A stretch of DNA of 64,000 nucleotides from Candidatus Limimorpha sp. (GTDB lineage Bacteria > Bacteroidota > Bacteroidia > Bacteroidales > F082). The number at the start of each line of letters is the position of its first letter. The first letter of the stretch is position 1. The stretch is taken from assembly GCA_045127605.1 (NCBI GenBank), contig JBGVQR010000076.1:453-64452 (forward strand), in the 5' to 3' direction. A program made the position numbers and the translations under genes. The notes under the pieces were generated by a model. The model made no database searches. It was not told where the DNA came from and worked only from the letters and a program-made list of their open reading frames with translations. Below are positions 44,225 to 51,578 of the stretch, one piece after another.

Positions 44225-46384
44225 TTATTCAACAATTGTCATTTCGTCAATCAATCTTGTTGCGCCAGCATATTTGTCGATGATGAACAAAACGTAACGA
44301 ACGTCGACAGAGATGTTCTTACAGATTGATGGATCATAAATCAAGTCGCTCATTGTTCCTTCCCATGTGCGGTCGAAGTTGAGACCGAGAAGATGACCGT
44401 CAGCATTTAAGATTGGACTTCCTGAGTTGCCGCCTGTTGTGTGGTTGCCAGCGATGAAAGCAACGTGCATGCTGCCGTCTTTATCAGCATAACGACCATA
44501 GTCTTTTGTTTCATAAAGCTCACGTAAACGGTCTGTAACAACATAATCGTAAATCTCAGGATTTTCCTTTTGCATGATGCCATCTAATGTTGTGTAGTGT
44601 TTGTAACGAACAGCGTCTCTTGGAGAGAAACCGCCGACCTTACCGTAAGTAACGCGTAATGAGAAGTTAGCATCTGGATACATCATCTTATCTGGATTCT
44701 GTTCAGCATGGAACTCCATTTGTCCGCGCATGAATATTCTTTGCAACTCTGTGATTTCATTATTTATCTTAGCAACATTAGGTCTTACATTTGCGAAGTA
44801 GAAATCCATCACGTTCTTATATGCCATCAAAGCTGGGTCTTTAGCTATCTTCTTTGCCTTTGAAGCCTTAAAATTGTCTAACAACTTATTAACATTTTCT
44901 TCTGAAGCAAACATTGTCTTTGCGAACAATTCATCAACGTATGCTTGAACGTTGTCATATTTTTCAACTATAGTGTTGAGAAGCTCTGGACGGAAGTCAG
45001 CTGGTTGGTTGTTGATATATTCTTGAAGAACCATAGCTGCTACTTCTCTATCTATTGGCTGATGATAATCTTTGAAGAACACTTTTGCTGCTTCTCTTGC
45101 TTCAGCGATAAGAGCGTCTATTTCTTCTTGAGGAGTGTCTTTTGTAACTTGAGCGAGTGCGTTAAAGTTAGCTGCAAATGTCAAGACTTCTATTTGAAGA
45201 GCTGTTTCTGAGAGGTAAGTAGTTGCCAAACGATATGGTTCGTATTCAGCATAAACTCTGTCGAATTCTTTGATAAGTTCGAGGTAAGCGCCTCTCGAAC
45301 GGCTATGGTTAGCCCATTTTGTGAAAGCCTTATCGAAAGCATATTTCTTTTCAACCCCTTTAAAGTTGTTGATACCTTCAATTACTCCCATCCATTTTTT
45401 CCAGCCGTTGCCAAGGTGAGCATGTTTTGAAGCATATTGGATTCTAACTTTAGGGTCTTTTTCTTGGTGTTTGTTATAGATGTCGAGAATCTTGCCGCGA
45501 AGGTCGACGCTGACAGGATAGATGACGTTAGCTTCTTGGTCTACAGCTACAGAAGGGAGATATTCGTTAGTACGAGCTGGATAGCCGAATACGAAAGTGA
45601 AGTCGCCTTCTTCAACGCCTTTCAATGATATTGGGAAATGATAAGCTGGTTTGTAAGGGACGTTGTCTTCGCTATATTCAACAGCTTTACCTTCTGGAGA
45701 GACGTAGATACGGAAGATTGAGAAGTCGCCGGTGTGACGAGGCCATACCCAGTTGTCAGTGTCGCCGCCGAACTTACCGATATTTGAAGGAGGAGTACCG
45801 ACCATACGGACATCTTTGAACACCTCGTTATAAATCATATAATATTGATTTCCGTGATAGAAAGACTTGATTTCAAGTTCGTAGTCTGTTGTAGCAGAAG
45901 TCTCTTCTATGATTTTTGCGATATTATTTTTAATCATCTCAGCTCTTTCTTCTACTGTTGTGCTATTCTCAACGCCTTCGAGGACGCGCTCTGTGACGTC
46001 TTCCATTTTCTTCAACATGACTGCTGTCAAGCCAGGACATGGAAGTTCTTCTTCGAAGCTCATCGCCCAGAAACCGTCGGTGAGATAGTCATGTTCCACT
46101 GTGCTGTGATGTTGAATCCAGTCGAAGCCGCAGTGATGGTTAGTAAAGAGAAGACCTTGGTCGCTGACGATTTCACCAGTACAACCGCCGCCGAATAAGA
46201 CGACAGCGTCTTTCATACTGCTGTTGTTGATAGAATAGATGTCTTCAACAGTGATGTTCATACCCATCTCCTGCATCTCTTGTTCGTTGTTTTGTAACAA
46301 CATAGGAATCCACATTCCTTCATCGGCTCTTACATTCATAACAACCGACATCACGATAAATAATGATAAAAAGATTTTTTTCAT
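44225..46384 (-). CDS. S46-family dipeptidyl-peptidase (DPP7/DPP11 type)
   Basis: 719 aa with a signal peptide followed by DEGMWIP. Catalytic His context TNHHCG and catalytic Ser context TTGGNSGSP. Confidence 0.9.
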   Translation of the reverse strand: MKKIFLSLFIVMSVVMNVRADEGMWIPMLLQNNEQEMQEMGMNITVEDIYSINNSSMKDAVVLFGGGCTGEIVSDQGLLFTNHHCGFDWIQHHSTVEHDYLTDGFWAMSFEEELPCPGLTAVMLKKMEDVTERVLEGVENSTTVEERAEMIKNNIAKIIEETSATTDYELEIKSFYHGNQYYMIYNEVFKDVRMVGTPPSNIGKFGGDTDNWVWPRHTGDFSIFRIYVSPEGKAVEYSEDNVPYKPAYHFPISLKGVEEGDFTFVFGYPARTNEYLPSVAVDQEANVIYPVSVDLRGKILDIYNKHQEKDPKVRIQYASKHAHLGNGWKKWMGVIEGINNFKGVEKKYAFDKAFTKWANHSRSRGAYLELIKEFDRVYAEYEPYRLATTYLSETALQIEVLTFAANFNALAQVTKDTPQEEIDALIAEAREAAKVFFKDYHQPIDREVAAMVLQEYINNQPADFRPELLNTIVEKYDNVQAYVDELFAKTMFASEENVNKLLDNFKASKAKKIAKDPALMAYKNVMDFYFANVRPNVAKINNEITELQRIFMRGQMEFHAEQNPDKMMYPDANFSLRVTYGKVGGFSPRDAVRYKHYTTLDGIMQKENPEIYDYVVTDRLRELYETKDYGRYADKDGSMHVAFIAGNHTTGGNSGSPILNADGHLLGLNFDRTWEGTMSDLIYDPSICKNISVDVRYVLFIIDKYAGATRLIDEMTIVE

Positions 46385-46416
46385 ATTGATAAAATTTTGA
46401 TTGATTTCAATTTGTG

Positions 46417-46424
46417 CAAAGATA
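46417..46424 (-). promoter_or_regulatory. -7 promoter box TAtcTTTG for the S46 peptidase gene
   Basis: The plus strand reads caaagata. It lies about 32 nt upstream of the ATG at 46384. Confidence 0.55.
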
Positions 46425-46433
46425 ATGAAATTT

Positions 46434-46503
46434 TAGGATTTGAGGAATTAAGGATTTGAGGAATTGAGGGAATAGGGATACTAAAAAAATCCTGAAATTC
46501 CTC
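46434..46503. repeat. Family F word repeat (aggatttgaggaatt x2) with a complementary partner in the divergent promoter region
   Basis: 16-bp tandem units from 46434. gaggaattaaggattt (46441-46456) pairs with aaatcctgaaattcctc (46486-46502). Confidence 0.8.
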
Positions 46504-46525
46504 CAACATTTCAACAAATTATCTG

Positions 46526-46533
46526 TAACTTTG
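46526..46533 (+). promoter_or_regulatory. -7 promoter box TAacTTTG upstream of gmhA
   Basis: taactttg lies 20 nt upstream of the ATG at 46554. Confidence 0.55.
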
Positions 46534-46553
46534 CAATAAGCAAAAGTTAAGTT

Positions 46554-47123
46554 ATGAACAGAATAAAAGAGTCTATTGAGCAAAGCATCGAGGTAAAGAA
46601 CAGTATTTTATCTGATGAGAAGTTGTTGCAATCTATTGAATCTGCTGTTGATGTCATTGTAGAAAGTCTGCGTAATGGTGGCAAGATTCATTTCTGCGGC
46701 AATGGAGGCAGCGCTGCCGACGCACAGCATCTCGCCGCTGAACTCAGTGGCCGCTTTTATCTCGACCGTCAGCCTCTCAACGCAGAAGCTCTGCATTGTA
46801 ACACCTCTTATATGACGGCTGTCAGCAACGACTACGGCTATGACTTCGTCTTCAGCAGACTTCTCACAGCATCGGGAAGAAAAGGCGATGTGCTTGTAGG
46901 AATCTCGACAAGCGGCAACAGCCGTAATATAATCGAAGCTTATAAAGTATGTAAAGAAAAAGATATAAAAATCATTTCTATAACTGGCGCAACAGGCGGC
47001 TTGATGAAAGACTTCGGCGGAATATTAATTAATGTGCCTTCCACCGACACGCCTCGCATACAAGAAAGCCACATCATGATAGGACACATTATTTGCGAAC
47101 TTGTTGAACGCAGAACTTGTTGA
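46554..47123 (+). CDS. gmhA: D-sedoheptulose-7-phosphate isomerase (SIS domain)
   Basis: 189 aa. Contains CGNGGSAADAQHLAAEL, ISTSGNS and the QE.H pattern of GmhA. Confidence 0.88.
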   Translation: MNRIKESIEQSIEVKNSILSDEKLLQSIESAVDVIVESLRNGGKIHFCGNGGSAADAQHLAAELSGRFYLDRQPLNAEALHCNTSYMTAVSNDYGYDFVFSRLLTASGRKGDVLVGISTSGNSRNIIEAYKVCKEKDIKIISITGATGGLMKDFGGILINVPSTDTPRIQESHIMIGHIICELVERRTC

Positions 47124-47128
47124 ACGCA
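47097..47128 (+). repeat. 16-bp tandem duplication (gaacttgttgaacgca x2) spanning the gmhA stop codon
   Basis: Units at 47097-47112 and 47113-47128. The TGA stop used by gmhA lies in the second, frame-shifted unit. Confidence 0.9.
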
Positions 47129-47144
47129 GAACTTTGAAATTTTC

Positions 47145-47199
47145 GGTCACTGAGCTTGTCGAAGTGCCGAAAAAAATGCCTTCGACAAGCTCAGGCACC
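47145..47199. repeat. REP-like palindromic element, copy 3
   Basis: ggtcactgagcttgtcgaagtg-ccgaaaaaaatg-ccttcgacaagctcaggcacc. Confidence 0.9.
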
Positions 47200-47240
47200 G
47201 AAGTCTGTAGTATTTTATTAAACCTTAAACCAAAAAATTT

Positions 47241-47618
47241 ATGGCAACTCACAATGAAATTGGCGCCTTAGGCGAACAAATCGCTCTGGAGTATCTTCTC
47301 GAGCGTAAGTATCAGATTTTAGAAACCAACTGGGTGTGCGGACATAAAGAAGTCGACATCATTGCAAAAGACGGCGACACCATCGTCTTTGTCGAAGTGA
47401 AAACACGTCACAGCACCTGCCTCGTCGAACCGGAAGCGACTGTCGATGTTTATAAGCAGCGACATCTCATCTGGGCTGCAAACTCATTCGTCAATCGTTA
47501 TCAATACGACAACGACGTTCGATTCGATATCATAGCAATCGTCATCGATAAAAACAACGAAAAAAGGATAGAACACATTGAAGATGCATTCTATCCTTCA
47601 GTCAGAAGTTATAAATAA
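47241..47618 (+). CDS. yraN: YraN-family (UPF0102) endonuclease-like protein
   Basis: 125 aa. G...GE..A..YL...Y.IL..N......EVDIIA.....IVFVEVKTR is the typical YraN pattern. The last 6 codons lie beyond direct repeat 1. Confidence 0.85.
   Translation: MATHNEIGALGEQIALEYLLERKYQILETNWVCGHKEVDIIAKDGDTIVFVEVKTRHSTCLVEPEATVDVYKQRHLIWAANSFVNRYQYDNDVRFDIIAIVIDKNNEKRIEHIEDAFYPSVRSYK
47560..47599 (+). repeat. 40-bp direct repeat, copy 1 (inside the yraN 3' end)
   Basis: aaaaaaggatagaacacattgaagatgcattctatccttc is identical to 48581-48620. It contains an internal 10-bp inverted repeat, aaggatagaa / ttctatcctt. Confidence 0.97.
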
Positions 47619-47627
47619 GAAATTGTT

Positions 47628-48581
47628 ATGGAAATAGTATTTGATATTAAAAATCTTATTTATACTATTCGAGGTATAAAAGTTATGCTGGATTCTGATC
47701 TTGCTAAAATATATGGTTATCAAACAAGAAGTTTTAACCAGCAGGTAAAAAACAATATTGAAAAATTTGATGAAGACTTTCGTTTACAACTTACAAAAGA
47801 AGAATATGAAAAAATCTTGATGTCAAAAAATTTGACATCAAGTTGGGGCGGAACCAGAAAATTACCTTTTGTATTTACAGAACAAGGCATTTATATGCTT
47901 ATGACTGTTTTAAAAGGAGAACTTGCTGTAAAACAAAGTAAAGCATTGATTAGAGCTTTTAAGGAGATGAAAGATTTTATAATAGAAAACAATAATCTTA
48001 TCGGGAATAATGAATTACTTCAGATTGCAATTCAGACATCTAAAAATACAGCTGACATCGCTTACCTGAAAAATACAATGATTAATAAAGATGAACTATT
48101 AGATATAATTAATGATTTCTCAAGTCTTCAAATTAAAAAAGAATATCTAATTTTAAACGGTGAGACAATCGAAGCAAACTTAGCTTATGACAGCATATAT
48201 AAAACCGCAAAAAATAAAATCTATATAATTGATAATTACATAGGATTAAAAACTCTTGTGATGCTTAAAAATATAGATTGTAATATATCTGTTACTATTT
48301 TTAGTGACAACATCGGTTATGGTTTACACCAAAAAGAATTTGTAGATTTTTGCAAGCAATATCCCCAAATATCTATTACCTTTCGCAAGACTTGTGGTAT
48401 TTTTCATGATAGATATATTATTCTTGATTATAATGATAAAAATGAACAAATATATCATTGCGGTGCTTCTTCAAAAGACGCTGGCAATAAAATTATGAGC
48501 ATTTCTAAAGTTAATGAAAATCACGTTTATCATCAAATAATAGATACTTTATTAAACAATCCTATTTTGACATTAAAATAA
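47628..48581 (+). CDS. ORF6N (KilA-N-related) domain protein with a C-terminal HxR-x4-D / GASxKD domain
   Basis: 317 aa. The N-terminus IRGIKVMLDSDLAKIYGYQTRSFNQQVKNNIEKFDEDF is typical of ORF6N. The C-terminus reads FHDRYIILD...YHCGASSKDAG. Confidence 0.75.
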   Translation: MEIVFDIKNLIYTIRGIKVMLDSDLAKIYGYQTRSFNQQVKNNIEKFDEDFRLQLTKEEYEKILMSKNLTSSWGGTRKLPFVFTEQGIYMLMTVLKGELAVKQSKALIRAFKEMKDFIIENNNLIGNNELLQIAIQTSKNTADIAYLKNTMINKDELLDIINDFSSLQIKKEYLILNGETIEANLAYDSIYKTAKNKIYIIDNYIGLKTLVMLKNIDCNISVTIFSDNIGYGLHQKEFVDFCKQYPQISITFRKTCGIFHDRYIILDYNDKNEQIYHCGASSKDAGNKIMSISKVNENHVYHQIIDTLLNNPILTLK

Positions 48582-48620
48582 AAAAAGGATAGAACACATT
48601 GAAGATGCATTCTATCCTTC
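48581..48620 (+). repeat. 40-bp direct repeat, copy 2
   Basis: Identical to 47560-47599. It begins at the last base of the ORF6N stop codon. Confidence 0.97.
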
Positions 48621-48627
48621 TCTTAAT

Positions 48628-48699
48628 AAGTCACCGAGACGCTAAGACATCAAGTCACTAAGATTTCTTGGTGACTCGGTGTCTTGGAGACTTAGTGTC
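48628..48699. repeat. Family D word hairpin ending next to the metG stop codon
   Basis: aagtcaccgagacgctaagacatcaagtcactaag / cttggtgactcggtgtcttggagacttagtgtc. The arms are complementary in register, and most mismatches are transitions. It shares AAGTCACCGAGAC with 13188-13200. Confidence 0.8.
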
Positions 48700-48701
48700 T
48701 T

Positions 48702-50762
48702 TTATCCTACTGAACTTCCTGGAGCTACAGGCTGACTTGGTGACATGACAACCAATCTTCCGTCTTTGTCTTCAGCTGATAAAATCATGCCTTCGCTGAC
48801 TATGCCTTTCAACTTACGAGGCTCGAAATTGGCGATGAAGCATACTTGCTTGCCGACTAATTCTTCAGGATTTGGATAATATTTAGCGATTCCTGAAACG
48901 ATAGTACGTTTGTTCATACCGTCGTCAATCAAGAATTGTAATAACTTGTCTGCTTTTGGAACTTTAACACATTCTAAAACAGTACCGACTCTGATGTCCA
49001 TCTTGCCAAATTCATCGATATTGGTGTTAGGCTTGATTGGATTTGGAGCCCATGCGTTGAGTTCGTTTTGTTTCTTTGTCTCTTCCAATTTATTGACTTG
49101 TGCTGCCACTGTCTCGTCTTCAACCTTTGTGAATAACAATTCAACTTCGCCGATAGTAGCGTTTTCGTTCAATAATATTGTTTCCTTAGCTTGATTCCAG
49201 CTGCTTACTTCAAGACCTATCATAGCTTGTAATTTCTTAGCTGAGAATGGCAAGAATGGCTCTGACAAGATAGCAAGTTTAGCAACGATTTGCAATGAAA
49301 CTGCGAGAACAGTCTTAACTCTTTCAGGATCTGTCTTGAATTGTTTCCAAGGTTCGTTTTCTGTGAGGTAACGGTTACCGAGACGAGCAAGGTTCATCAA
49401 TTCTGACAATGCTTCACGGAATTTATAAGTATCGAGAAGGTTAGCAATCTTATCAGGATATTGATTCATTTCTTCGATAGCAGCTTCGTCTTTTTCGTTA
49501 AGGTTAATCATAGCTGGAACCTTACCTTCGAAATATTTATGTGTAAGAACCAAAGTACGGTTTACGAAGTTGCCGAAGATAGCGAGCAATTCGTTGTTAT
49601 TTCTATCTTGATAATCTTTCCAAGTGAAGTTGTTGTCTTTTGTCTCAGGAGCGTTAGCTGTCAAAACATAACGAAGGACGTCTTGTTTTCCAGGGAATTC
49701 TTCGAGATATTCGTGTAACCAAACAGCCCAGTTACGAGATGTAGAAATCTTGTCGTTTTCGAGGTTGAGGAATTCGTTAGCAGGAACGTTTTCTGGAACG
49801 ATATAATCACCGTATGCTTTCAACATGCAAGGGAAGATGATGCAGTGGAAAACGATGTTATCTTTTCCGATGAAGTGAACGAGTTTTGTTTCTTCGTCTT
49901 TCCACCATTTTTCCCAGTCTGTACCTCTTTCTTTACATACTTCTATTGTGTTAGAGATATAACCGATTGGAGCGTCGAACCAGACATAAAGCACTTTGCC
50001 GTCTGCTTCTTCAACAGGAACAGGCACGCCCCAGTCGAGGTCGCGAGTAACAGCACGTGGCTGGAGACCGTTGTCGAGCCAGCTTTTTACTTGACCGTAG
50101 ACATTAGGTTTCCATTCTTTATGACCTTCGATAATCCATTCGCGGAGCCATTGTTCGTATTGGTCTAAAGGAAGATACCAGTGTTTTGTAGCTTTCTTGA
50201 CGAGTTCAGCGCCGCTGAGAGCTGAGTGAGGGTTGATGAGTTCATCAGGGCTCATTGAAGAACCACATTTCTCACATTGGTCACCGTAAGCGTGGTCGTT
50301 GCCGCATTTAGGGCAAGTACCAATAATGTAGCGGTCTGATAAGAATTTGTTACGTTCTGGGTCGAAGAATTGTTCTGATTCTCTTTCGATAAACTTACCT
50401 TCTTCGTAGAGTTTTTTGAAGAAAGCAGCTGCTGTCTCATGGTGAGTCTTTGAGCTAGTACGAGAATAAATGTCGTAGCTGATGCCTAATTTTTCGAAAG
50501 AATCTTTGATTATATTGTGGTATCTATCGACGATATCTTGAGGAGTGCAGCCTTCTTTTTCAGCTTTGATAGTGATAGGCACGCCGTGCTCATCTGAGCC
50601 GCCGACAAACAAAACCTCTTCACCTTTCATTCGGAGGTAACGGACGTAAGTATCTGCTGGGATATAAACACCTGCCAAGTGACCGATATGCACTGGACCA
50701 TTAGCATAAGGTAATGCTGTCGTTACCGTGTAACGTTTGAAATGTTTGTCGTTATTTTCCAT
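48702..50762 (-). CDS. metG: Methionine--tRNA ligase (with a C-terminal tRNA-binding domain)
   Basis: 686 aa. HIGH-type motif ANGPVHIGH, zinc knuckle CPKCG...CEKCG, KMSKS-type motif KISTS. Confidence 0.95.
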   Translation of the reverse strand: MENNDKHFKRYTVTTALPYANGPVHIGHLAGVYIPADTYVRYLRMKGEEVLFVGGSDEHGVPITIKAEKEGCTPQDIVDRYHNIIKDSFEKLGISYDIYSRTSSKTHHETAAAFFKKLYEEGKFIERESEQFFDPERNKFLSDRYIIGTCPKCGNDHAYGDQCEKCGSSMSPDELINPHSALSGAELVKKATKHWYLPLDQYEQWLREWIIEGHKEWKPNVYGQVKSWLDNGLQPRAVTRDLDWGVPVPVEEADGKVLYVWFDAPIGYISNTIEVCKERGTDWEKWWKDEETKLVHFIGKDNIVFHCIIFPCMLKAYGDYIVPENVPANEFLNLENDKISTSRNWAVWLHEYLEEFPGKQDVLRYVLTANAPETKDNNFTWKDYQDRNNNELLAIFGNFVNRTLVLTHKYFEGKVPAMINLNEKDEAAIEEMNQYPDKIANLLDTYKFREALSELMNLARLGNRYLTENEPWKQFKTDPERVKTVLAVSLQIVAKLAILSEPFLPFSAKKLQAMIGLEVSSWNQAKETILLNENATIGEVELLFTKVEDETVAAQVNKLEETKKQNELNAWAPNPIKPNTNIDEFGKMDIRVGTVLECVKVPKADKLLQFLIDDGMNKRTIVSGIAKYYPNPEELVGKQVCFIANFEPRKLKGIVSEGMILSAEDKDGRLVVMSPSQPVAPGSSVG

Positions 50763-50795
50763 TGTCTGTAGTTTTATATGATATTAATTAAGGTG

Positions 50796-50803
50796 CAAAG
50801 ATA
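50796..50803 (-). promoter_or_regulatory. -7 promoter box TAtcTTTG for metG
   Basis: The plus strand reads caaagata. It lies about 33 nt upstream of the ATG at 50762. Confidence 0.55.
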
Positions 50804-50955
50804 ATAAATATTTTTCTGAGAAATGTTAATAAGAATTAGTAAAAAGAAGGAGTTATAAAGACACTATTTTTATCTTTAAATATGTTTTGTTGATAATTTT
50901 TTCTAAACATTTTTTCCTTAATTTTGTCTTTCATTAAACATTAAAACAATTCATC

Positions 50956-51477
50956 ATGATAACTTTTGAAGAACAAATTCGTAACGAAAATATTAAAGAC
51001 ATCGCCAATAAATTAATGTGTGCTGCTCGCACCGCGCCTAAGGCAAGAGGCATAGATAATCTCGTGCTCGCCGTAGCAACCGACGACACCATAGTGAAAA
51101 TAGCTGAAAAAATGAAACAACTCGCTGCCGAACGTGATATGGCATTCCTCAACCGCGACGCAGAAAATATCTTGAACTGCGGCGCAGTCATTTTATTCGG
51201 AATGAAGATTAGTCCACTAGGCTTGAACTGCGGTGCTTGTGGTTTCAAAGCCTGCGGCGACAAACCTAAAAACGTGCCTTGTTTCTTCAACGCCAACGAC
51301 CTCGGAATAGCAATAGGCTCAGCAGCATCATTAGCCACCGACTTCCGAATCGACAGCCGCGTAATGTTCTCTGTAGGTCAAGCCGTTTTGGCTCTCAACT
51401 TATTACCAGATTGCAGCATGGTTTTGGCATTGCCACTCTCTGTAAGCAGAAAGAGCATTTTCTTTGATAGAGGATAA
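50956..51477 (+). CDS. DUF2148-like ferredoxin-domain protein
   Basis: 173 aa. Contains AARTAPKARGIDNL and the LNCGACGFKACG cysteine cluster. The family name is recalled, not searched. Confidence 0.6.
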   Translation: MITFEEQIRNENIKDIANKLMCAARTAPKARGIDNLVLAVATDDTIVKIAEKMKQLAAERDMAFLNRDAENILNCGAVILFGMKISPLGLNCGACGFKACGDKPKNVPCFFNANDLGIAIGSAASLATDFRIDSRVMFSVGQAVLALNLLPDCSMVLALPLSVSRKSIFFDRG

Positions 51478-51486
51478 TTTTGTTAA

Positions 51487-51507
51487 TTCATAATGCATAA
51501 TTCATAA
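51487..51507 (+). repeat. Family A heptad array (ttcataa tgcataa ttcataa) 9 nt after the DUF2148 stop
   Basis: 14 nt (51487-51500) are complementary to 51558-51571 across the terminator. Confidence 0.9.
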
Positions 51508-51521
51508 TTACTTTATTTGCC

Positions 51522-51555
51522 AAAAAAGCCGCTACTTCAAAAAAGTAGCGGCTTT
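51522..51555. terminator. Bidirectional intrinsic terminator nested between two family A arrays
   Basis: aaaaaagccgctactt-caaaaa-agtagcggcttt. Confidence 0.85.
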
Positions 51556-51557
51556 AA

Positions 51558-51578
51558 TTATGCATTATGAATTGTGAA
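51558..51578 (-). repeat. Family A heptad array abutting the stop of PNGase F-like paralog 2 (gene sense: TTCACAA TTCATAA TGCATAA)
   Basis: The plus strand reads ttatgca ttatgaa ttgtgaa, followed immediately by the stop at 51579-51581. Confidence 0.9.

Larger units (their letters stand above)
47600..48620 (+). mobile_element. Putative inserted single-gene cassette (1021 bp including one repeat copy) bounded by 40-bp direct repeats. No recombinase is encoded.
   Basis: Perfect 40-bp direct repeats lie 1021 bp apart. The interior is visibly more AT-rich than the flanks and holds only the ORF6N-domain gene. Repeat 2 would restore an alternative yraN C-terminus. Confidence 0.45.
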
